A DNA stretch of 64,000 nt from positions 11,718,001 through 11,782,000 of the forward strand of contig OZ024750.1 of assembly GCA_964016885.1 (NCBI GenBank). The letters run 5' to 3'. A program made the translations under genes and the position numbers. This document shows, in pieces, positions 1 through 10,163 of the stretch; the stretch's first letter is position 1; every line of letters starts with the position of its first letter. This DNA comes from Eledone cirrhosa (Eukaryota). Below the pieces are notes generated by a model. The model saw nothing but the letters and a program-made list of their open reading frames with translations. It did not search any database and had not been told where the DNA came from.

Positions 1-1066
1 GGGGTGTAGTAGTGATAGGGATAACAATGATGATGATGATAATGATGATGAATTAAAAGAGGGAGGCTGGGTTTCTTGAAATAAATTAATATTTTGGTAC
101 AAAAGATAGGAAATTTGTTGTCAAGACCAATTATGATATTTTTCCTTTGTTTTCTTTTCTTAAAAAAAAAAATAATAATCAGAATGTGTGTGTAACTTAA
201 ATAGTATGTGTGTGTGTATGACAAGTAGAGGGAGTGTATGTATGTATGAGTAAGGGATGGAGGGAGTGTATATGTGTGTGTGTGTTTGATAGAAGGAATG
301 TGTATATGTGTGTGTGTGAAACAGAGAATGTGTGTGTGTGTATATATATGTGTTAATGTGAGTCAGAGAGATAGAATGTGTGTGAGAGAGAAAAGATGTA
401 TACATATATATATAGAGGGGGGGGGGCAGACAGATATACTGATAGATAGATAGGAGAAATATATATTTAAATATTCAAAATAGAGAAGGAAAAAAAGATA
501 GAGAGATGGAAAGAGAAAGAGAGGGACAAACAAATAGAAGTAAGAAAGAGAAGAAAGAGTACAAGTCAGATAGAGAGAGAGGGAGAGAGAAGAGAGACAA
601 ATATAGACAAGCGAGGAAAAGGTAAACACTAAGAGATAAACATATATATATATATACACACACATATATACACACACACATATATGTATATATATATATA
701 CACAATAACACACACATACATACGCACATATATATATATATATATATACACGTATATACACACACGTATATACACACACATATATATATATATATACATC
801 TCTCTCTATATATATATATACATACTCAGACATTCACACAACCATCCATACATATATACGCATACAACGATCCATGCATACATACATATACATTCATACA
901 ACGATCCATACATACATACATATACATTCATACAACGATCCATACATACATACACATACATCCATACAACCATCCATACATACATACACATACATCCATA
1001 CAACCATCCATACATACATACATATACATTCATACAAACATCCATACATACATACATATACATATA

Positions 1067-1120
1067 TGCGCCTGCGTACTTTGACCGGAAGTAAGTGCTC
1101 CGGCAATGGCGTCCGAGCTA
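1067..1120 (+). promoter_or_regulatory. Candidate housekeeping-type promoter (ETS, YY1-like and NRF1-like motifs, local CpG cluster)
   Basis: GCGCCTGCGT, CCGGAAGT and CAATGGCG occur within about 50 bp in otherwise CpG-poor DNA. Confidence 0.4.
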
Positions 1121-1504
1121 CTTTGTTGTCAATTTAGTAATAATTAGTGTAACAAGACCACTGCACACCATGGAATATTATATCTCTCTACTCCGTACTT
1201 GCATTTATACATGGGATTAAATACAAAGGTAATTATACACACAAGTAGATAGAAATGTATATTTTAAACTATTTAAATCATTTTATATCTTGTTTTTAAA
1301 TAATTTACTTCAGAAAATATATAAATATTTATTGAAAGAGAGAAATTGTTTTAAAAAAATATTGTTGTGATGTTTTCTCTGAGTTTCTCTCAAATAATTG
1401 TCTATTTATTTTTAAAAAAAGAGAGGAAAAATATATTTTTGGGGATTTTTTTTTCTATAATTAATTTAATGATTTGTTTACATTTTATAATAGTTAAATA
1501 TTAA

Positions 1505-1682
1505 CCCTTTCATGTATATAGAGGGCGTTCCCCAAAAATGTATACACACTTTGACTAGAATGATGTTGAAGTGTGTATACATTTTTTGGGGACACATCCT
1601 TTATATTTGTACATTTGTAATGTTATTTTAATTTTGTAAATTATAGACGATGTATTTTATTTAAAATATAGTAATGAAAGGG
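1505..1682. mobile_element. TTAA-flanked (piggyBac-like) MITE with a nested Tc1/mariner-like MITE (~1520-1600)
   Basis: TTAA|CCCTTTCAT...ATGAAAGGG|TTAA ends; the internal palindrome CCCCAAAAATGTATACACACTT...AAGTGTGTATACATTTTTTGGGG matches 9802-9878. Confidence 0.65.
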
Positions 1683-2149
1683 TTAATATTTATAATATTT
1701 ATGAAATCAAATGAAATATTCATTTATTCACCTTTCCTTCTAGTCTCTGTCTCTGTTTTCACTTTCGTTACACCTCAGTTTATTAGTTCTAATTTTATTC
1801 TACTTTAATTTAAATATTATTTCGACTTTAATCCTACTTTAATTCATTATTTCTTCTACTTTTATACTTCTACTGCAGTTTATTTCTACTTTTCTACCGA
1901 GATTTTATTTCTGTCTTGGATTAGATTTGATTAAGTTACCCCCAAAAATATTTCTCCCGGCTTCGATTATAAAACAAAACATAAATGTGATCAATAGGTT
2001 CTTTAAAGTTCACAAATATTGAACACTATATATATATACACACACACACACATTAAACACTATATATATTTATATACACACACACACACACATTAAACAC
2101 TATATATATTTATACACACACACACACACACTAAACACTATATATTTAT

Positions 2150-2218
<69 letters not shown>

Positions 2219-2676
2219 CAAATATTGAATACTGTATATACAATTATTGAACACTATATATTATTACAAAACATGAATGCTATCAATACGTTGATAGCAT
2301 TATTGAACACTATATATTTGATATTTGAAAATATTTTATTTTCAATTAATTAATTTTATTGTACAAAAACAATTACAACGAAACATTTCTCTCTTTCAAG
2401 TTTGTCAAAAGTCTTTCTTACCTTTTTATTATATATTTTTTTAGACATTTTTGTTTTTAGATTAAATCAAGATTTAAAGTTTATCCTAATTGTTAATTTA
2501 TCACCCCCCCCCCCCCCCCCCCCAACAGTTTCATACTGAAATATGATATCATTTTTATTGATATGAGTTGATAAATGTCTTGTACCTTTTTTAGGTTCTG
2601 TAACTAAATCTGCCATTTTCTCATTCCTCAATATATTCCTTGTTTGTTTTCATTGTCCATCCCTCTCACAACTTTT

Positions 2677-2727
<51 letters not shown>

Positions 2728-2728
2728 G

Positions 2729-2825
2729 TTCTTCCGAATGAAACAGCTCTAGTCCTGTAGAAGCCATTTCTATATTAAATATTTATACTCTATGTATTGA
2801 GTACCTTACTTACTGTGGTTACTTA
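2729..2825 (+). mobile_element. 5'-truncated copy of HHR element family B (3' half of ribozyme plus tail)
   Basis: GAATGAAACAGCTCTAGTCCTGTAGAAGCC...TATTGAGTA matches the reverse complement of 3535-3625; (TA)n lies on both sides. Confidence 0.7.
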
Positions 2826-3121
2826 TAAGGATAAAGTTATATATATATAAAATTTAGTGTAAGTCGTGTATTGTAATCGGGGGTAATGTTATCAAACGGT
2901 TATTGTTATCAAAACTCAATAAGTCTCCTCCCCCACACACACACACACTCCCAAATCCCTCTCTCGTGTTTGTCTTATATTATTAGCCGGTTATTGTTCC
3001 TGTAAAAGCTTCGCCACTTAAACATTCACAATATGCTGATTTTAAATGTATGTTTATATATATATATATATATATATATTAGAATATAAATATTAATAAA
3101 ATAGATGTTCTTTTGATCAAT

Positions 3122-3180
3122 TACATTTTATTATACATATTTCGGATGTACAACAGTACGTCCTCATCAGACAAAATATA
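3122..3180 (-). ncRNA. Type I hammerhead ribozyme motif (mirror copy)
   Basis: Exact reverse complement of 3278-3336. Confidence 0.8.
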
Positions 3181-3277
3181 ATGATACATGACATACCCTG
3201 AGATGTTAAATGGTTAAGATTTAATCAAGGTAGTTAAATCTTAACCATTTAACATCTCAGGGTATATCATGTATCAT

Positions 3278-3336
3278 TATATTTTGTCTGATGAGGACGT
3301 ACTGTTGTACATCCGAAATATGTATAATAAAATGTA
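3278..3336 (+). ncRNA. Type I hammerhead ribozyme motif
   Basis: Stem I TATATTTTGT/ATAAAATGTA; CTGATGA at 3288-3294; stem II GGACGTAC-TGTT-GTACATCC; GAAA at 3315-3318; near-palindromic stem III ATATGTAT; predicted cleavage after A3326. Confidence 0.8.
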
Positions 3337-3473
3337 ATTGATCAAAAGAACATCTATTTTATTAATATTTATATTCTATTATTAATAACTCCGGAAAAAT
3401 ATTTTTTTGTAGAGTGCTTCCAATCTACTGTAAAACTCATTGAATTTTGTTTAACTCTTCAGTATATATATAT

Positions 3474-3509
<36 letters not shown>

Positions 3510-3510
<1 letters not shown>

Positions 3511-3688
3511 GTTTATGCCGGGTTCAATCGGGGGTAACCACAGTAAGGAAGATACTCAATACATAGCAGAGTAAAAATATTTAATATAGAAATGGCTTCT
3601 ACAGGACTAGAACTGTTTCATTCGGGAGAAATCAGGGCTTCCTGATGATTTCTCCTGAATGAAACAGTTCTAGTCCTGTAGAAGCCAT
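3510..3688 (-). mobile_element. Fold-back HHR element, family B
   Basis: Inverted arms 3592-3634 and 3646-3688; the longer arm continues to ~3510 and abuts (TA)n. Confidence 0.75.
3636..3686 (+). ncRNA. Type I hammerhead ribozyme motif with U-U at the base of stem II
   Basis: GGCTTC-CTGATGA-T-TTC-TCCT-GAA-T-GAAA-CAG-TTCTAGTC-CTG-TA-GAAGCC; stems I and III pair perfectly; cleavage triplet GUA ends at 3680. Confidence 0.75.
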
Positions 3689-3761
3689 ATATGCTATAGT
3701 CACTTATATATTATGGAATACTGTTGGCTGGCTTCTTGCTACAATACTTTCTATAACTTTC

Positions 3762-3805
<44 letters not shown>

Positions 3806-4178
3806 ATCAACCCATCCTCAACATGTCAAGTGGTTGTCTTGTCAGAGAATCAATCTTACATTTGTTTATTTTTGTGGGTTCATTTTTTCATGTCAATTTT
3901 TTCGTCTTGTTGTCTCTTATATATTATTTGATGTCTTATTGCCCTGAATTCAACACCCTCTCTCTCTCTCTTTCTATAGAGAGAGAGAGAGATAAATGAA
4001 GTATTTCCGTAGGAAAGGAAAAGAGAGTGCTCTATGTAGGCTACAGATCTTTTTAGTTTATGTATTTGGATATTTATATATATTTTTCCCCTCAATTTAT
4101 GCCCGTTATTTTATTTCAGCCTCACTTTCATTTATCCTAAACTCTGTTTTCAAATCCATATCCCATTCAATAATAAAC

Positions 4179-4240
4179 TTATTCTGATGAATGAAGACAG
4201 ACATAAGTGTCAAGCTCTTCAAGAAACCATTGGTAAATGA
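4179..4240 (+). ncRNA. Type I hammerhead ribozyme motif with extended stem II
   Basis: TTATT-CTGATGA-A-TGAAGA..GACA-TAAG-TGTC..TCTTCA-A-GAAA-CCA-T-TGG-TA-AATGA; (TA)n follows about 30 nt later. Confidence 0.65.
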
Positions 4241-4267
4241 ATTAATTATCTTATGTTGTTTATTACA

Positions 4268-4317
<50 letters not shown>

Positions 4318-5317
4318 TCCATCCATCCATCCTTTGGACATATCACACCCTCCTTCGTCCAGGGGCAATCAAATCAGTATTTTAATTTAATCGTGTACCT
4401 GAAGTCGATTTAATTAACTTCATTCCTTCTGTTTCTTATAAATCTACAGTGTTGTACCTATGTATAAAACACTATATAATAATGGAAGAATTTATTGCTA
4501 AAATATAAATATTCAAACATTGTTACAAGGAAACAACACATTTTAAGGAAACGTTTCAAATTGTGCCTTTTCAGTATTTTTTAAAGGTGTTCAACTGTAA
4601 CCATCTCACATTCCAGTGGTGGCCATCCTGTCTTTAAAAAAAAAAAAATTTCAACTGTAACCATCCTACATTCCAGTGGTGGCCATCCAGTGCTTTTTTA
4701 AAAAGCATTCAGACTGTAACCACCCCCCATCATTCTTTAAATCGTTCCAACTGTGACTACCCCGGGTTTTTTTTAAAAGTAGTGTTTAGTATGTTTTCGC
4801 AGTATGTTTCGTAGGAATAACCTAACTAGTTTAGTATCAAACATCGATATTTCCATATATTCACTTATTTTATTAGAGGAATCAATTTACATAGTATATT
4901 AAAAAAAACACCTCAGGTGTGAGATAAGAGGTGGGTTTCTTGAAAACTGTGACTACCATGAGGTTTCAGGCCCTTACTAGATACACCCTTCGCCGAAATT
5001 GCAAACGTTTTCCCTCCCGCTTTTCCAAATACAATTGAAAGTCCCCTAGAAAATGCGACGGTCACGGTTGGAAGGCTGTTCTGTATGGTCACGATTGTAA
5101 AAGATACCCCTTCTCCTCCTGTTACTAATGTGAAGGACCCCCAGAAATGGTGGAAGTAATATCTTTGAATATGAAACAGAGACAGAGGTAACTGAATATT
5201 GCAAGACCCTGTCTTACATTCCACTGTTTGTCGCTTGACAACTCTTACAGTTGCTTTTAGTAAACTTAAATATTAAACAAGATATTTCATGTGCCCGACA
5301 CCTAGGATTGTTTAAAC

Positions 5318-5464
5318 CAGTCCTGGGCAAACTGCGGTCCGTTTAGCTTTCTGATTGGCACACTTTATTTCAAAATTGCCTTGAATATTTTTAGTAGCGC
5401 GGCCCACCTTATGATAAACCACATCCTATGTACCCCACTGATCGAAAAAGGTTGCCCATGTCTG
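5318..5464. mobile_element. hAT-like MITE
   Basis: TIRs CAGTCCTGGGCAA/TTGCCCATGTCTG; imperfect 8-bp TSD GTTTAAAC/GTTTAGAG; homologous copies at 13895-14041 and parts at 28625-28697 and 29230-29345. Confidence 0.75.
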
Positions 5465-5869
5465 GTTTAGAGACAAGATATAATCATATTAAACAAACGA
5501 CTCGTATAATTATTGCAGTGATCCCCCACCTTAAATATATTCATTTTGGAAACAAAATTATAAGTACTTTTGCACTTGCATAATATTTATTTTTCATATA
5601 AATAGAAATTCTGTTTGTTTTGAGGAAGGGTTTATATGTGACGCTCATATTTCTGGAAGGATTGGCATTAGTAATGTATTTAATGTAGAATGACTGTGAA
5701 ATGATTCGAAACCGGGTCTCATATTCGGCTCTATTGACTCACTGTTAATTTACCTGTCTACCTGTCTACCTACAATACTTGCTACAACTATGGTTTTAGT
5801 AATATTGACACAGACTGACTCAATTCAATATTGTAGGAGTGGAATTCTATATACTGTATATGTATGAAA

Positions 5870-5920
<51 letters not shown>

Positions 5921-6025
5921 CGAACAAAAATTTCTCCAGAGAAACTCTTTCTCAAATGGTTTTTTTTACTTTGTCGAAATTTATCAATTGAAATTTACAA
6001 ACACGTAATACACACACACACTTCT

Positions 6026-6090
6026 TTCCTGATGATTTCCTCTGAATGAAACAGTTCTAGTCCTGTAGAAGCCATTTTTATATTAAATAT
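6026..6090 (+). ncRNA. HHR family B copy (stem I 5' arm shortened)
   Basis: TTC-CTGATGATTTCCTCTGAATGAAACAGTTCTAGTCCTGTAGAAGCC, nearly identical to 3639-3688; flanked by (CA)n and (TA)n. Confidence 0.7.
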
Positions 6091-6183
6091 ATGTATATAT
6101 ATATATATATATATAAAAGAGAGAGAGACAAAAAAAAAGGAAAAAAAAAATTTTTTCTTCCTCATAATCGTCTCTTTCTCCGT

Positions 6184-6222
<39 letters not shown>

Positions 6223-6818
6223 CAGTAATTATATGATTGTATCAAATACATACAAGTACACACATGTATATATATGTGTATATTTATACACACACACACA
6301 CAATCTGAAATCGATCAGCTTCGGTCAGGAGTGTTATTTTGGACAGCCAACCATAGGTGAAACAACTGACGTTTTTGCTGATATCACATAGTTGTTACCT
6401 GCAGATTTTAGTAGAACCTTACTGTTTTTCTCATTATACTATCACCTATCTAAACGTAAGATGATCTTTAGGTGGAGTATAAAAAACAGGGTAACCCCCC
6501 CCCCCTCCATCAAATTAGCTATAAATAAATGTAGTAAGGTACTGTTGGAATTCTTCAAATATTTGGGAATATCAAAACATGAAATCTTCAAAATTACATA
6601 AGCTAGAATGAAACTCGTGGTTGTTTTAAAATATATTTAAATCTGAAAACAAACGATTGAAAATAAATAGAAATCGAAGATAAAGCTTTTATTATATATA
6701 TGTCCAGCAAGCACTCGCTAATTGGAAATAAGTGATTTATTTATCTGATTAATTAATGTTATCCTTCTGACCGTGAAGTACTTTTTAAATTAGCTTGTCT
6801 CGTCAGCATTCTGTGTTG

Positions 6819-6871
<53 letters not shown>

Positions 6872-7120
6872 CAGAATGCTGACTATATATATATATATAT
6901 AAATATAAAAAAACATGAAGAAAGAATACTGCGTGGTTGCACATGGGTTACATATGATAAAAATAGTCCTTCGTCAGTGATTTTCCAACCTTCATTGGTA
7001 TTTCATCGCTAGTGTGTGTGTGTGTGAAGTATTTCCGAAGAAAAAGCAAAGGAAAATAGAGTGCTCTATGTATAGAACAGCTATTTAATTAGAAAGTGAA
7101 AACAACACAATATATAACTA

Positions 7121-7188
7121 CTCCATTACCAAAGGTTTCAGGACCCTAAACAATATTAACATACGTCTAGTTCGCTCATCAGACAGAG
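7121..7188 (-). ncRNA. Type I hammerhead ribozyme motif with long, partly degenerate stem II
   Basis: Reverse complement reads CTCTGT-CTGATGA-G...CTAGACG..TGTTTAG...T-GAAA-CC-TTT-GG-TA-ATGGAG; its downstream tail (7026-7075) resembles 3998-4045. Confidence 0.6.
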
Positions 7189-7211
7189 ATGTTATATATA
7201 TATATATATAT

Positions 7212-7405
7212 AACGAAGGAAATGTGGTAAGGAACCAGATGGACAATAATGCACCAAAGTACTCAATACTTAGGGTAGTAGATTGGGTAATAGCAACAAG
7301 TATGACCCCGACGGCAGAGCTCAAGCCGTTTCGACGGCTAATTCTGGACGGTCCAGAATTAGCCGTCGGAACGGCTTGAGCTCTGTCGTCGGGGTCATAC
7401 TTGTT
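7212..7405 (-). mobile_element. Fold-back element carrying only the 3' half of an HHR
   Basis: Palindrome 7295-7349/7351-7405 (two mismatches); minus strand reads GAAA-CGGC-TTGAGCTCT-GCCG-TC; (TA)n on both sides; degenerate relative at ~33430-33563. Confidence 0.7.
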
Positions 7406-7735
7406 CCTATATATATATATTCTCAAATCAGATTTACCAATATCGAACTGTCTCATTTATTCTATGTTTAGAGACATGTAATTTACATTAAATGATAAAC
7501 GACACATCAAAACGGAAAACAAATAAATCTGAAATTATTCCAAATTATAACAAAATAATATTATTTGTTTTGTTTTGTAAATATTTACAGCAATCGGATT
7601 GTGTGTTAACGAGGAGTGGAAAGGAAACCAAGTTCCTGCCTGATTTAGTTGAGTCAATTGCAGCAGTTAATTTTCCCCTCTTCATTATTTTAAAGCTTAT
7701 TAAACATCGTTTATTGTGGTTGACATGTCAGTCTA

Positions 7736-7771
<36 letters not shown>

Positions 7772-7774
<3 letters not shown>

Positions 7775-8193
7775 AAAGTTTTATTTAAAATTGTTGGGTT
7801 ACAACAAGTAAATATTTTATAACTGATATAAAGCACTCGACAAGTTTTTGGAGTAGATATACGATATTAAACAAATGGAAACTATATTTATAAAACCATA
7901 TTTATTTCATTATACATATTTCGGGGATACCATATTAAAAATATGGCATGCCTTCGTCATATAAAATACAATATATAAACAGTTTTATAAATAATTTTGA
8001 CGTACCATAAATATGAGCGACCATTATGGTCGCTCATATTTATGGTACGTCAAAATTATTTATAAAACTGTTTATATATTGTATTTTATATGACGAAGGC
8101 ATGCCATATTTTTAATATGGTATCCCCGAAATATGTATAATGAAATAAATATGGTTTTATAAATATAGTTTCCATTTGTTTAATATCGTATAT
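7772..8193 (-). mobile_element. Fold-back HHR element related to family A
   Basis: Palindrome 7857-8024/8026-8193 (168-bp arms, 1-nt centre, no mismatch seen), extra tail at 7772-7856, and (TA)n on both sides. Confidence 0.85.
8082..8147 (+). ncRNA. Hammerhead-like motif with C3-to-A core variant (mirror copy at 7903-7968, minus strand)
   Basis: TATTTTAT-ATGACGA-A-GGCATGCCATATT-TTT-AATATGGTATCCC-C-GAAA-TATGTA-TA-ATGAAATA; stem III is the same as in 3278-3336. Confidence 0.65.
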
Positions 8194-8215
8194 ATATATA
8201 TATATATATATATAT

Positions 8216-8490
8216 CATCATCATCGTCGTTTAACGTCCGTATTCCACGCTTGCATGGGTTTGGACGGGAGTTTTCCCACTTGAGGCAAGAGTGGTTGTC
8301 TTGCTCGCATAGGACTGTCTGGCGGGTTTTCTACGGCTGGATGCCCTTCCTAACACCAACCACGTTTACAGTATGGAACTGGGAGGTTTTTACCGTGTTA
8401 CCTACACGGCCACATTACAGCGTGGACTGTGTGTTTTTGTCGTGACACCTACACGACCTCGTTTGTTTTGGCCTGGATGTTGTACCAACA
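8216..8490 (-). mobile_element. Non-LTR retroelement 3' part with RTE-type (GAT)n tail
   Basis: CATCATCGTCGTTTAACGTCCG..CATGGG..GGATGCCCTTCCTAACACCAACC; near-identical to 41358-41640 and inverse of 42750-43055. Confidence 0.75.
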
Positions 8491-9079
8491 TAATATATAT
8501 AATAGTAATGGTAATAGTAATGGTAATAAACATAATATATATATATATAATAGTAATGGTAATAAACATAATATATATATATATAATAGTAATGGTAATA
8601 AACGAAAGATATATATATTTTATATCATCACTATTTATTTCATTATCTGTTATTTCATTATTTCGAATCTGTTATAAACATAAATCAGTTGATTACATAT
8701 CAACTAAGTCTTTAACTCATTGTTTATATATATTTATTTATTCTGGGTTCGAATGTTAATAATACGAACTTAACTGGTCATTGAGTGAGTGTGGAAACGA
8801 CCGAGGCTGAGTCCATTCTATTCGACATGCTTCGTCTCATATATATATATACATTTTTTGGGGACACTCTGTATGAATGTATATATATATATACATACAT
8901 ACACACACACATACAAGGTGTCCCCCAAAAATGTATACACACTTCGACAGCATTCTAATAAATATTGCCTGTACAGGTAATCAAAGTATGTATACATTTT
9001 TGTGAGACACTCTGTATATAAACGAAGCACATTGTGCCAAAAGTAGAAACAATTATTTATGATAAAGCTATTAAAGCTG

Positions 9080-9255
9080 AGCAGTGGATTGGCAGTATTG
9101 GTAGAGGGTCGGACGCCATGCTTTGACGTATAGAGTTACGGCCCTTGCCATTCTGAGTTCAAATCCCGCCGAGGTTAACTTTGCCTTTCATCCTTACGGG
9201 GTCGATAAAATAAAGTACCAGTAATGCACTGAATAATTGCTGGCCTTGTGCCTAA
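9080..9255 (+). mobile_element. tRNA-derived SINE with conserved GCCTTTCATCCTT-CGGGGTCGATAAAATAAAGTACCAG central domain
   Basis: B-box GAGTTCAAATCC; multiple homologous copies in the window. Confidence 0.8.
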
Positions 9256-9801
9256 CGTATTTATGATAAAGCTAGGGAAAGACACAAACGTCATTCCTCA
9301 TATGGCCTCTTCCTCCCCTGAACAAAACCCTCCCCTATGTCTGTAATATATATTATAGCTGCAAGAAAACACACTTTAAATGTTTATCTGTCAGTCAAAT
9401 CGAGCTTTTACAGAATTCTCTTCTAAGCTCATAAACTCTTTTGCAATATCTTGTTTCGTTGTCAAAGTTGGTTCATTGTCAGAACATAATTTAGGTTTTG
9501 TTTTTCACTAATAGTCTGTGTGTTACTATATTTCATATAAAATGTTGGTATTTGGCAACTATAAAGAATAACTAACTACGTAAGGACTTGTTGTATTTAA
9601 CTTTTCAACATCTAAAGAAAAATTACTTGAGGATAGAAGAGTTTCTCTAATTTTATCTTTTAAAAATGTTTAAGCATTGTAGCAATAAATAAACAACATA
9701 TTTTTCTAAATTTAAATATTTCGTTTTGCTAAACAAGGTGAGGAAATTTCCAGATGTATACGGAAATTGCATAGATGTTTACGGTTGTTATCAACTCAAT
9801 A

Positions 9802-9878
9802 CAGGGTGTCCCCAAAAATGTATACACACTTTGATTACAATGCTGTTGAAGTGTGTATACATTTTTAGGGACACCCTG
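9802..9878. mobile_element. Tc1/mariner-like MITE
   Basis: TA|CAGGGTGTCCC...GGGACACCCTG|TA with ~30-bp TIRs; related copies at ~8913-9014 and ~1520-1600. Confidence 0.85.
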
Positions 9879-9954
9879 TATATATAAATCTACAGACAAA
9901 TATACTTATAGCTATTTAGGTTTTTTTGTGAAAAACAAACCAATAAAGTTATTC

Positions 9955-10163
9955 ATCTTCTTCACCCAGGGTCGTGGGGGAAGAGTCCTGAAACACTCCT
10001 TCTAGCAGGTCCTGTCAGAAACAACTGATCTGGTTGGATCCCCAAGCTTGACCTGCCAAGCTCATGGATGTTATCCAACCATCTTGCTTGGGGTCTACCC
10101 TCTGGTTGGTTTTTGCCCGTAAAATCTGTCCAGCGGTTCTTTCCTGAGACATTCTAACCACAT
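9955..10163 (-). mobile_element. RTE-type LINE 3' fragment
   Basis: Minus strand encodes GRPQARWLDNIHELGRSSLGI; homologous to 22628-22872. Confidence 0.75.

Larger units (their letters stand above)
3080..3462 (+). mobile_element. Fold-back HHR element, family A (Penelope-like/retrozyme-like, non-autonomous)
   Basis: Inverted arms 3080-3224 and 3234-3378 (145 bp, one mismatch seen), an extra 3' tail at 3379-3462, and (TA)n on both sides. Confidence 0.85.
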
